NCBI RefSeq assembly: GCF_028641065.1 | Contig: NC_073392.1 | Location: 4,216,001 to 4,280,000, forward strand | Reading direction: 5' to 3' | DNA: 64,000 nucleotides | DNA from: Leucoraja erinacea | Taxonomy: Eukaryota | Shown: positions 51,162 to 63,396 of the stretch, one piece after another | How positions within the stretch are numbered: position 1 is the first letter of the stretch | Layout of the letters: the number at the start of each line of letters is the position of its first letter | Position numbers and translations under genes: made by a program | The notes under the pieces: model-generated | Seen by the model: only the letters and a program-made list of their open reading frames with translations | Database searches by the model: none | What the model was told of the DNA's origin: nothing

Positions 51162-51675
51162 AAGGGGCTGTCCCACTTGGGCGACCTAATTGGCAAGTTT
51201 AGAAGAGTTTTAAAAAATGACATGTTGAAGACCTCCGTCGACTATGTTGAAGACCAGCCAGCTTCGACTAGCTACGACTAACCGGGAAAATTGAACACCT
51301 AATAGTGGAGAGTGAAGATGATCTCCTTCGACCTCCCTTCGACTATGATGAAGACTATCTACGACTACCTTCGATTACCCTCGATTACCTACGACTAACA
51401 TGCCGACCTACTACGACCTACTACGACTAAACCTATGAGTAAGAGTAGTATCGATTTTATCCACGGCAACCTTTTTTTACTCACAGGCATTTTTTAACAT
51501 ATTGAACAAAACGCCGAGACCTAGCTGAGGCCTCGAGTACGTGGAGACCCCTCTCGAGCATGACGGAGAGTTACGAAGACCTCCTACGACCTCGTGTCGA
51601 CCATGCTGCGAGTATGAGTTGAGGGCAAACTCGCCAGAACTCGTGGATTAGGTCGCCCAAGTGGGACAGGCCTTT
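51162..51675. mobile_element. MITE, same terminal motif, different interior with (ctacgac)-type repeats
   Basis: ta|aaggggctgtcccacttgggcgacctaat ... attaggtcgcccaagtgggacaggccttt|ta. Confidence 0.9.
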
Positions 51676-51751
51676 TAATAAGTAAGGAACCCAGAAATTA
51701 CTATCTTTCCACCATCTTCAAGTCAAACACAAGTCAAACACGTGATGGAAC

Positions 51752-52076
51752 GTTTTGGAAGAAAATACAGATGCTCGTTTACATTGAAGGTAGACACAAA
51801 ATGCTGGAGTAACTCAGCGGGACGGGCAGCATCTCTGGAGAGAAGGAATGGGTGACGTTTCCGGTCGAGACCCTTCTTCAGACTGGTTAGGGATAAGGGA
51901 AACGAGAGATATAGGTGATGATGTAGAGAGATAAAGAACAATGAATGAAAGATGTGCAAAAAAGTAACGAAGATAAAGGAAACAGAACATAGTTAGCTGT
52001 TTTATTGGGTGAAAACGAGAAGCTAGTGAGACTTGGGTGGGGGAGGGATGGAGAGGGAGGGAATGCCGGGGCTACT
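51752..52076 (-). mobile_element. PLE pLTR and 3' UTR
   Basis: The arm with the core ggtgacgtttccggtcgagacccttcttcagac leads into a purine-rich UTR ending ggagggatggagagggagggaatgccgggg. Confidence 0.8.
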
Positions 52077-53093
52077 CTTCCACCACTGCCCTGAAGCCGT
52101 GGCCTCCTGTTGCCTCCTAGTTTTCAGCTGTTGAAAACCTTCCTCAAGGGTGGGAAATAAAGGGACCTCAGTGTAACTTTTCAGGACTTTCCCTGTACAT
52201 TGTCTAACCAGATTTACAAGGTTTTGCCATGTACCCTCAGATCCCACTTACAGATAATGGAGGACTCATTTCCACAATAGCAAGCAAAACAAAGACTTGC
52301 ACTGTATCTAGGGACGTGAGATTGGCAGCTTGTGTCTCCTCAGGAACTTGCTCATTCAGGGACGTGGGTGAGTCGGATTGGCATGCTTGTGTAACAGCCC
52401 ACCCCTCAAGGAACTTCAGCCCAAATGTTTCCTCTTCCTGCTCAGCATTCAGCTGTGAAACTGGTGTACGAAAGGAAGGCTATAACATTTGTGTCAGTCG
52501 GCAGGTTGGAGGCAGCTTTTGTATGGATGCTCATTCGCAGTGCATTTAGAACAGCCCACATGACCAAAAATCTCAGTGGAGGACCCAAGTTCCCCACGCA
52601 GGCACTTTCCCACTGATAAAAAACTTCAGGTTTTGATCCCAAATGCCAGTTTGACCTCTTCCTAGATTTGCGGTAAAGAGGGACACACAGCGGAAGTGAA
52701 CAGGATTTCACTGAGTGTGGTCCAAAATAACGGGAATTACGTGCTCGCTGAATTTCATCAAAAGTGTACTTTGGAAAGGAAGGAAGCTATCAACATTTGA
52801 AAATTGTCGGCATGGATCTTTGATCGTGACTGGAGGATACTTGGGAGCAGGGTTTGTATTGTGGACCAGGCTGAGAAGTCGTATTAATAGATAGACACAG
52901 AGTGCTGGAGTAACTCAGCGGGTCAGGCAGCATCACTGGAGAAAAGGAATAGGTGATGTTTCAGGTCGAGATCCTTCTTCAGACTGAGTTTTTGTCTCCC
53001 TTGCATTTAGAGTGTAAACTTTGAGTCTCAAAGTCGACTTCAAAACTGCTTGCTATCGAAAGGGTTGGCATAAGGTTAAAGGGAATGTGTACT

Positions 53094-53228
53094 GGGAGCT
53101 GCTGCCTCACAACGCTAGGGACCCAGGTCCGATCCTGCCCTATGGTGCTGTCTGTGTGGAGTTTGCAAGTTCTCCCCGTGACCGTGTGGCTTTCCTCCAG
53201 GTGCTCCTGTTTCCTCCCACATCCCAGC
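53094..53228 (+). mobile_element. HE1-type SINE 5' half
   Basis: gctgctgcctcacaacgc..ggtccgatcctg..gagtttgcaagttctccccgtgacc..ttcctcccacatccca. Confidence 0.8.
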
Positions 53229-54129
53229 CCCACCAATACATTTCCAACCTGATAATTTGGATCAAGAAATATTGTAATTGTTATTTTATTCCCCAGAGCA
53301 ATTTAAATACAAAATACACATTGGGATCTTTCTGCAAAGGCTGACAACTGAATGAAGAAAGCCTATTTTCTTCAACTACCCCTCTGGTATTTTTAAAATA
53401 TTTACCACCATTGCTTTTCTTGTCATTACAAAAGTGGCTCCAAAATAAATTTAGGGACACAGTATCAATCAGTACGTCATCTTTGAATCAACATCTATAT
53501 AATTATACAAATAAACCATCCTGCATTAAATGTGGGAGTCTAACGAGTATTTAGCAAAGGCAATTTATCTTTCTTGATTAAAAGTAAATTAGAAAAACCG
53601 CAGCAGTCAGTCAGAACTAATCCATTCATGAAACTGTAGATGGCAATTTTAGCATTAAGACAAGTTGACAAATCTGTTTACTTTTACAAACCTTTCTCAT
53701 TTCAAAAATAGTGTCCGGCTTAAGTTAAATAACCAATTAAACATTCCAGCTCATTATGAGGAACAATACATTATGCTGCAAGTAAAGATTTTCTTGAGTG
53801 CCTTCAAAGAGGGGTGGCAATATCCATTAGCGTTTAATGCCACCACTTACTCCATACTGGTGACATATGCTTACTAATTCCTTCTGCAATGTACTATGCA
53901 TTAAACTGGTTTCACAACACTAATCCTTGCAGAAGATGGTTGCTGCAGCTCAGTCTCAATAATAAAACGATGCACATTCCCCACCAGTCAAACAGGCGCT
54001 CAATTACAGGAAACTACCTTGCTCATGATCAGTTCTTTCATTCATTTCTCGGCATGTCTTGCCAAGCCTGCTGCAGAAGAAAAGATGGAAGCTTAAACGC
54101 ATTGTGTTCAAAACAGGTTCATGATTCCG

Positions 54130-54335
54130 GACACAGAGTGCTGGAGTAACTCAGCCTCAGCGGGTCAGGCAGCATCTCTGGAGAACATGGATAGGTTACA
54201 ATTCAGTCTGAAGAAGGGTCCTCACCCAATACATCGCCCATTCTCTCCAGAGATGCTGCCTGTCCCGCTGAGTTACTCCATCCCTTTGTGTCCTTTTTTG
54301 TAAACCATCATCTGCATCTGCAGTTCCTTGTCTTA
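54130..54335. mobile_element. Palindromic PLE pLTR remnant
   Basis: Inverted arms around cagtctgaagaagggtcctcaccc, with a 3' tail catctgcagttccttg. Confidence 0.8.
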
Positions 54336-54394
54336 AACAATAACTAAGATAGTTAACTACCTTAACTAAGAAATTCCTTCCTGCACATTGAACT

Positions 54395-54860
54395 GCACAG
54401 AGCATCACAAATGCTCAACTACCCTCCCTGGATGGCATATACAGGGCCTGATGCTTGCGCTGGGCCACAAATATCAAGCAGGACACATCCCACCCTGCCA
54501 ATCACCTTTTCACATTGCTACCCTCTGGGAGGTGATACAGGTCTCTGATGGCTCGCACCGGTAGACTAAAAAATAGTTTCTACCCATGTGCGATAAAAGA
54601 ACTTAACTCTAACAGAGAACACTGGGGGAAGCACAATATAATTTGGGGTGCAAGATCATAATGCCCAATATTCTTTTAAAATATTTTTTAATACCCATTT
54701 ATTATTTTCTTTACTGATCTTGTGTATATGTGAGTCAATGGCTGTTGTGTTTTGTAAATCTTTCATCCTGTGTCTCCTCTGTACACACCGAAGGAGATGC
54801 AATGGAATTTTCTTGTACAGTTGTTGTGCAATGACAATAAACGTATTTCATTTCATTTCA
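54395..54860 (+). mobile_element. Rex1-like LINE 3' end
   Basis: HPANHLFTLLPSGR*YRSLMARTGRLKNSFYP-like translation and the tail caataaacg(tttca)n. Confidence 0.75.
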
Positions 54861-56224
54861 ACAGGGTAAAGCAAATATGATAAACACAGGCCTTCAAATA
54901 CAGTAATTAAATGAGAGAAAGCGGCCTGTAAAGGCGAGAGTAACAAATCACGCATGCTTTGTGAGCTGTTTTTGATTGATACTTTAGTTAAATTAAGTGA
55001 CCGGAATTATGTCTTAACAAACTGCCAGGAACATGAATGCAAAGTAGCGGCAATTTGGGGCAAGTGTAATCATGGGGAAATAGATACTCAGAACTCAGGA
55101 ACTTAGTGGGCTTAAGTGAAGAGGGTCTTTGTTCTACCTCGGTTTTCAATGTAGACACAAGGAACTACTGATGCTGTTTTACAACCCCCCCTGCCTCCCC
55201 CAACCCCCCCCTCCCCCTTCCCCCCCCCCACCACACACAAACTGCTGCAATAACTCAGTTAGGTCAAGCAGCAACTCAGCTTTGAAGAATGGTCCTGCCC
55301 TGAAACGTTGCCTATCCATGCCCTCCAGAGATGCTGCCTGACCTGCTGAGTTACTCCACACTTTTCAACGTGTTCATTCTTTCACTTGCCCTTGCCTCTG
55401 TATATATAACATGTTATCTTTCCAGGGAGATTGCCTCATACAGCCAGAGTCACTGACACACAAAACCAGTCGAAAAGGATGACAGTTTTTAAAAGCAGTG
55501 ATAATTGTCATCCATTTTACTTTTACAAACTGGTATCCACTCTTATCGCAGACAGGAGCAAGAAATTGCTTTTATTATTCCACTTTAATTAGGAAGGACA
55601 AATGCCACATCATCCGTCTTTCATTTTTTTAAGGAAGGCAATTAGCATTTGCTAATGCAGATATAATTACCAGTCAACAGCAAACAGAGGCTTTCAATTA
55701 GTCATCCAATATTTCTGTAACTATACCTGTAGGACCCATTACTCCAACATTTCTTCACCTCAACTTGTCTTTGTTGCAAATGGATTTAAAAATATTAGTT
55801 TAAAATGCCAATTTCTGCAATGAAGATATTGTGAAATATCACTGGATGTTAATGTTCGGGCCCTGTCTGTGTACAAACGCAATGAGAAATCAAATCTCAA
55901 GTCAAGTTTATTCGTCACATACACATACGAGATGCGCAGTGAAATGAAAAGTGGCAATGCTCGCGAATCGTGCAAAAAACAAACTAACTACAAACAGAAA
56001 GGAACAGAATTACATATTCACATCTACCCGAGGTTTCCATCATTAGGTGAACTCTACTGATTTTCTTCTTGAATCAAAGAATCAGTATGTGTGCCTTCTT
56101 CCATCTGTAAATGTACACAACTTTCTTTTTCATTTGTAAAGCCGCCTTTGATATACATATTTCAAAATGTTTGAAATTAGATCGTTCTCTATAAAACGCA
56201 AATTGTAGAAGAACATGAAACCAG

Positions 56225-56640
56225 CATTTCACTTGGGCAGCTTACAAGCCAGTGGTATGAATATTGATTTCTCTAGTTTCTAGGTTTACAAGGTTAATTC
56301 CCGGGATGGCGGGACTATCATATGCTGAGAAAATGGAGCGGCTGGGCTTGTCTACTCTGGAATTTAGAGGGATAGGAGGGGATCTTATTGAAACATATAA
56401 GATTATTAAGGGTTTGGACACACTAGAGGCAGGAAACATGTTCCCGATGTTGGGGGAGTCCAGAACCAGGAGCCACAGTTTAAGAATAAGGGGTAAGCCA
56501 TTTAGAACGGAGATGATGAAACACTTTTTCACACAGAAAGTTGTGAGTGTGGAATTCTCTGCCTCAGAGAGCGGTGGAGGCTGGTGCTCTGGATGCTTTC
56601 AAGAGAGAGCTTAATAGGACTCTTAAAAATAGGACTCTTA
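56225..56640 (+). mobile_element. PLE ORF-end scrap (56225-56283) joined to a CR1 3' fragment
   Basis: tttcacttgggcagcttacaagccagtggtatgaatattgatttc resembles 46487-46530, and ORF 56264-56614 is the CR1 ORF2 C-terminus. Confidence 0.8.
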
Positions 56641-57111
56641 AAGAAAGAAAGACAGGGATGTGAACTCTCTCCACAGTATCCAGCCAAATTGAGTCTACAG
56701 TATATTCTGAGGCGGCTGATGAGGAGTGCACTGTGTAGGTGGGGGAAGGACTGGTGTCTGCTGTACAGATCATTGCAGCAGACAGCAACCATGCAACCAT
56801 GAGCCCTTCACACCTCCCTGTGATGCCACTTGCCGCTGTATATCTGCACTGAATGGGATTAACTGCTTTCATGTCCAAAAGGAACTGCAGATGCTGCTTT
56901 ACAAAAAAAAGTCACAAAGTGCTGGAGTAACTCAGCGGGTCTCTGGGGGGGGCATGTATCGACGATGTTTCAGGTCGACACCCTTCTTCAGACTGATTGT
57001 CGGTGGGGCAGGACAAAGGCTGGCAAATGATCCTGCTGTCTGACCAACTTATCACTTAGACCCACCTCCCAGCTCTTTTCCAGCTTTCTCTCCCGCACTA
57101 CAATCAGTCTG

Positions 57112-57902
57112 GAGTTTAGAAGGATGAGGGGGATCTTATAGAAACATACAAAATTATAAAAGGACTCGACAAGCTAGTTGCAGGAAAAATGTTTCCAATG
57201 TGGGGCGAGTCCAGAACCAGGGGCCACAGTCTTAGAATAAAGGGGAGGCCATTTGAGGCTGAAGTGAGAAAAAACGTTTTCGCCCAGAGAGTTGTGAATT
57301 TGTGGAATTCCCTGCCACAGAGGGCAGTGGAGGCCAAATCACTGGATGGATTTAAGACAGAGTTAGATAGAGCTCTAGGAGCAAGTGGAATTAGACCATT
57401 CGGCCCATTGAGTCCACTCTGCCATTCAATCATGGCTGATCTCTGCCTCCGAATGCAATTTTCTTGCCTTCTCCCCGGGGAGAAGGCAGGCACAGGCTGA
57501 GAAGTAGGCAGGCTTGGGTTATTGATTGGGGACGATCAGCCATGATCACAATGAATGGCAGTGCTGGCTCGAAGAGCCAAATGGCCACCTCCTGCACCTA
57601 TTTTCTATGTTTCTATGTTTCCATCCCTTGACACCCGTTATAATCAAGAATTTGTCTATCTCTGCCTTAAAAATACCCACTGACATGGCCTCCACAGCCC
57701 TCTGTGGCAATGAGTTCCACAGATTAACTACCTTTTGACTAAAGAAGTTCCTCCTCCTCACCTCCTCTCTAAAAGAGGGCCCTTTAATTCTGAGGCTAAC
57801 ACCTCTGGTCCTAGACTCTCGTGCCAGTGGAAACATATTTTCAACATCCACTCTATCTCTGCCTTTCATTAATCTGTAAGTTTCAATGAGGTCCCCCCCT
57901 CA
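57112..57902. mobile_element. Opposed and nested CR1 3' fragments
   Basis: Plus ORF 57189-57500 and minus ORF 57546-57869 both carry the RVVNLWNSLPQRAVEA motif. Confidence 0.85.
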
Positions 57903-60900
57903 AACTGTTAAACTCCAAGGGTCGAGACCCTTCTTCAGATTTGTTGTTTCTAAGTTCGGTTTAAACCAGCATCTGCAGTTCCTTCCTACACATCATTATC
58001 CCAGTGTCGGCTTTGGTGGGCAAAACAGATTAATTGCCACGTCTTGTCAAAGATATGGTGCTGGCTCGATGGGCCGAATGTCCTCCTCCTGCATCTATTT
58101 TCTATGTTTCTATATCCAGCGTTTGGAGACCGAAAATCCCCAGCAGTCAAACAGTTAATACAGAATCAAAATGGGTCATTAGAAATATTACAATTAAATG
58201 GGACAGTACCTGCCAAACACAAAACACTTTTGCCATCTGTGAGAAGTATAGATTTATTGAGCTGTTCTGTGATTTATTTTCTAAGGCTCGATGCGTGGGA
58301 GGACCAACTGGAAGTCTAAGTCTCATGGTCATAAATATCAGGCACAAATCCCTGCACTTATAGTTACTGTCTACAACACTCCAAGAAAATACAGCATTCA
58401 AAGGGAAATGATTCTCCAGTCGCAGGGAGCGGCAGTTCCGGCAGCGATTGCGAGCCAGTTTGCACGGAGGACTCCAAAGCAATCATAGGATTTATGAGCA
58501 ATTTATATTCTTGCACGTTTCCACAAAAAAATGTACGAAGAGATCTGATCGGGCACAGAAAATACTTAATGCCTAGTCGTGCTACACTTCCACAAGGTTG
58601 AGTGTGGAGACAGTGTGACAAGGGCCGCAAATTAGTTTAAGAAAAACAGTCAGGAGAAGCTAATGATTGTTTTAATGATTTAACAGCTGAAAAATGATTC
58701 TAACTCTTGAATAATCCTTGCGTAAATGTTCTAATGGCAGAGCCCAATTTGCCATGTTGCACGAGTCTGAACTGTTATGATGGATCGTAAAAAAGTGCTA
58801 AAAAGCACAATTTCATTGCAATGGACCTTTGCTTCACTGCCTTTCCAAGCTGCAGCATAAAAATGATTCAATTTGTTAAAGTCTCCCTGAAACATTTGGC
58901 AGGTTTTAGTGTTGGAACTGCATATGCCTTTATTTTTATTATGTGCAATTCCCTGAAATGCTCTTTTAAAACTTCAAGTACAATACATTCTAGTTCCCAG
59001 CCACTTATGGCTATTTAGCACCATTTGTGACTATTTTTGCTATTAGGGTGATGAATTCAGCTGGCATTCCTGGCCAGAACTTATACAAAGCCATCAAACA
59101 CAGTTCAGTCATTTATTTCTTTGCCATTCTGTGGATAAAAACTGGCCTCTCTGTAAAATAGCAAGAACAAGGCTACAAAAGTAATTCTTACACTGTGAAT
59201 GACTGCAGGAATTCCTTGGAACAGAAAAGGTGCGATTCAATTGAAAGTTTACCTCTAACTCTCCTTCTTTACCAGCCATGCTACTAATGTACAACTAATG
59301 TACAAATAATTTATTTCCATTGTTACCCAGAATCAGGTCAGAAGGGTTAGAAAGATAGAAATGCAGATGCTGGTTTATACCAAAGATAGACACAAAATGC
59401 TGGAGTAACACTGCGGGCCAGGAAGCATCTCTGGGGTTAAAGGATGGGTGACATTTCAGACCCAGGTCGGAAAGATTAATGTTGGAAAATGGCAGGCATA
59501 ATAACCCCTTTTAAAAGATAGGTACATGGATAGGAATGGTTTGGAAGGATATGGGCCAAACGCGAGTAAATTGGACTAGATTAGATGGGGCAACTTGGTC
59601 GGCATGGACAAATTGGGTTGAAAGGTCTGTTCCCGTGCTGTCTGACTCTGGCTTTATGACGGGCCTGGGATTTCCACATGTGGGCCGAGATATTGCACGT
59701 TTCAGGGGGGGTAGTGAGAATGACCCTGATGCAATTGCCCTGCTGTGTAATCTCTTGCTGTGACTAATGACAGGGCCGCCGGCTCAGCAGAGCTGGTGAA
59801 ATGTTGAGGATGTGAGCACACTTATCCTTCCAGTGGAGTTGGAGGACTATGTGCAGGTACAGCGTTGAAGTACCCCTTCGGTGCTTTGAAGTGGCTGCTG
59901 AAGAAGTCCATGCCTCCAACTGTGTGGGGGAAGGCAGCTGTAAGTGGGTCCAGTGGACCGTCAGCTTAGTGACAGTATTGGATTTTGATTTTAAACCGCA
60001 CTTGTCTTTCGAACCCAATGTCTGCGCACTGCAGAAAGTGATGAATTTGTCACGGGTGTCTGTCTGCACGCATTATCCAGGGGCTTGCCACGGACCTTTA
60101 TGGTTAAGGAGGACTGCTGTGTTTTGTGGATGATTAAAATGAGGCCCATTCTCGTGCATGCTTTAGTGAAGGGGAAAATGACAACTTGGAGCTTAAACTT
60201 GTCAGGCTGCACTTTCACAAATGTCATCTGCACACTGCAGCTTGATCGCAGAGGTTAGAAAGATCCTGTGCTTGAAATGGAGGCACCCGAGGCTGAGCAG
60301 TTTCCAATTCATCTCGTGGTTTAGCTGCACGTCAGTGGGAAGATTATTGGTTAAGAGGTGCAATACTACAGCGAGACAAATTGAGAAGGGAGTTAGAAAA
60401 TGACACGGCCTTGCTTGATGTTCATCTGTGACGGGTCTGTTGGTTAGAATTAGACCGTGCATGTCATCACAAGCACACACGGAATGAAGATCAATTTCTA
60501 AAGGCTGCTAAATTTGAGAAATCTAACAGATTCAAAGACATTTGTAAAGTTCAATACAGTAGGTGCAGTTGTTGATGCCGACCTCTATACTTGGACTTGT
60601 CACCCATTCAGGTCCATCGAGCTTTTGACATAGAACAGTACAACACAGGAGCAGGCCCTTCTGTGTGCTGAGCATGTGGGTATATTCCACGGTGTGTTTA
60701 GAGAGGTGATGAACGAGGGATGACAACTTTCCCTCTCGCAGACTGTTGACACAGAAGTTATTGTGAAGAGATGCCGGAGGAGAGCCACGTGGTCACAGGG
60801 GGAAACTCACGCACCCGAGCTCAGGATCGAACCAGCAGCTCCAGTGCAGTCAGGCAGCAGCACTACCAGCTGCGCAACTCATTCAATCAATCAATCGATT

Positions 60901-60930
60901 TATTCATCATATACACAATAAAGTGCAGTG

Positions 60931-61264
60931 AAATGTTCCCGATGTTGGGGGAGTCCAGAACCAGGGGCCACAGTTTAAGAATAAGGGGGAAGCCATTTAG
61001 AACGGAGACCAGGAAACACTTTTTCTCACAGAGAGCGGTGAGTCTGTGGAATTCTCTGCCTCAGAGGGCGGTGGAGGCAGGTTCTCTGGATGCTTTCAAG
61101 AGAGAGCTAGATAGTGCTCTTAAAATTAGCGGAGTCAGGGGATATGGGGAGAAGGCAGGAACAGGGTACTGATTGGGGATGATTAGCCATGATCACATTG
61201 AATGGCGGTGCTGGCTCGAAGGGCCAAATGGACTACTCCTGCACCTATTGTCTATTGTCTATTG
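60931..61264 (+). mobile_element. CR1 3' end
   Basis: MFPMLGESRTRGHSLRI..LWNSLPQRAVEAG..GYGEKAGTGY* and a (tctattg)n tail. Confidence 0.9.
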
Positions 61265-61902
61265 AAATGAATTTTGCATTCTTGATCTTCTTCATTTAGC
61301 ATCTTGTCGAATTTTGCTTTGTGTAAACTGGCCGCATCATCTCCTACATAAACACACCAACTACCTTTAAAAGTACATCACTGAATGGGGATCCTTGGGG
61401 ATAGCTTTTGGTTCCAAAAAGATTTCTGCAACTTCACAATTGCTACAAGGGTAGCCAAAGAAGATTGGTGCTAATCAGGGACAAAAGTATTATGTTGTGT
61501 AATCAGAGGATGTGGCTGAGTACTTCCCATCAGTCCTCCCGGGGAATTAGAATACTGCCAATATCACTGTGATACAGTGGCAATATTGCATAAGATAAAG
61601 GTTACGTCCTTAAAATAACAATAGCAGCCTTTGAGGTAGTAAAGATACCTGGCCTACATGAAAACCAACACAGTATTGAGTCAAGAGAGGGAGTGCTTAC
61701 CTCAGTTTACCCACAATGGAACAATCAAGTTCTTACTTGCAGAGGCTTGACAGGCATGTAAAGACAATACATGCAGATAATATGATAAATTATTAAGCAT
61801 AATATCAGTGCAAAAAAAAAAAACGGAGGTCCTTACTGCAACCTAAGACAGTACACTTGGGATCAGAGTTGTGTAATGTTCAGGAGCCTCATATTTCTTG
61901 AG

Positions 61903-62080
61903 TAGACATTAAAAGCTGGAGTAACTCAGCAGGGCAGGAAACATCTCTGGAGAGAAGGAATGGATGAAGTTAAACATCACCCATTCCTTCTCTCCAGAGA
62001 TGCTGCCCGTCCCGCTGAGTTACTCCAGCTTTTTGTGTCTACCTTCGGTTTAAACCGGCATCTGCAGTTCCTTCCGACAC
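61903..62080. mobile_element. Palindromic PLE insertion inside a minus-strand Rex1-like remnant
   Basis: Flanks atttcttgag (61893-61902) and atttgttgag (62081-62090). Confidence 0.75.
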
Positions 62081-62503
62081 ATTTGTTGAGAAGAAGCTGT
62101 TCTTGAAGCTCATAGCCACAGTTTTCATTGTCCAGCAGCTTCTCCGTGATGGTGGGAGCGATGGGAGTTTGGCCAGGGCGGTGTGGAAAAAAGGACAAAA
62201 AAAAAATATTTGTAGAATACCAACCGAAAATCATCCGATCTGCCTTGGATACTGTGGTGGTATCAGCGGACAGGAGGGTGGCAAGGGTTATAACTTGTTC
62301 TTTCAAAAAAATTCTAAAGGGATAAATGTTCTAACTATAGATCAGTCAATCAAACACTGATCTTCGCAAAAATTTTGAAGACAATAATCCAAGGGGGGGG
62401 GGGGGGGGGGGGGGGGGGTGTGTGGGAGGAAATATGATTAATAAATAAAAATTGGCATGACGTTCTTGAGGACAGTAGTTTCTGGCTAATCACAGGAAGC
62501 AAC

Positions 62504-62595
62504 TGAAGAAGGGTTTCGGCCCGAAACGTCGCCTATTTCCTTCGCTCCATAGATGCTGCTGCACCTGCTGAGTTTCTCCAGCAATTTTGTGTACC
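62504..62595 (+). mobile_element. Single PLE arm starting at the hammerhead-like core, 7-bp TSD
   Basis: aagcaac|tgaagaagggtttcggcccgaaacgtc...gtacc|aagcaac. Confidence 0.8.
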
Positions 62596-63396
62596 AAGCA
62601 ACAGGACATGTTTAGTGAGAGAGTGCTATTGACGTGGTATTATGTATGTACTGTAAACAGTCAGTCGAGTAGGATGGTTAGTGGATATTTAACAAATTAA
62701 AATACAATGGAATTTAAAGGACTGAAGTGTACATTGGGTCAGGGTGTCTTTCAGAGCTCTGTTCAGTACATGGTGAACGTGTTGATACGTTGCTGTAAAA
62801 GCCACCGTTGTTAGTTAGTTGCTTGGTAACTTTAATAAAATAATGCTTTAATTAAGAAGTGGACAGACAATGTTTGAGATGGGTATTAAACTGACAGGAA
62901 GAAACAAGTTTTCCTCCCTCGATGATCGTTGGCAAAATTAGAAATGCATGGTGGCGATCAACATTCCAAGATTTGCTTCTAGGACCACTGCTTTTTTTGA
63001 TAAATATTTAATTTGGGTCCACAGGTACAATTCAATGTGCTGTCAATTCTGATTGGGGATGATCAGCCATGGTCACATTGAATGGCGGTGCTGGCACGAT
63101 GAGCCGAATGGCCTACTCCTGCACCTATTGTCTATTGTCTATAACTTCAAAAAAAAAGCGAGAAAGAGTGGGATGGTGTGAGGAATGGGTGCTCATCGAG
63201 AAGGAAGGTGGAGGCAAAGGAAAGTACGTTCACGTTGCGGCCATGTTTTCACCAATCTTTCCACCATCACCACGCACAAGAAGCGCAAGACAGACGCCAT
63301 TGCATGCAGACGCCAGGAAGTGTGTTCAGCTCTGGCTGACCAACTTCTAATCTTGTGTGTGGACTGGAAGATGAAGAAGAAGAGGGAAGGTTGGGG

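Noticed and set aside
59764-60480. Cluster of 60-100-aa ORFs in unique sequence
   Set aside because: No homologous motif, codon bias or convincing exon boundaries were recognised.
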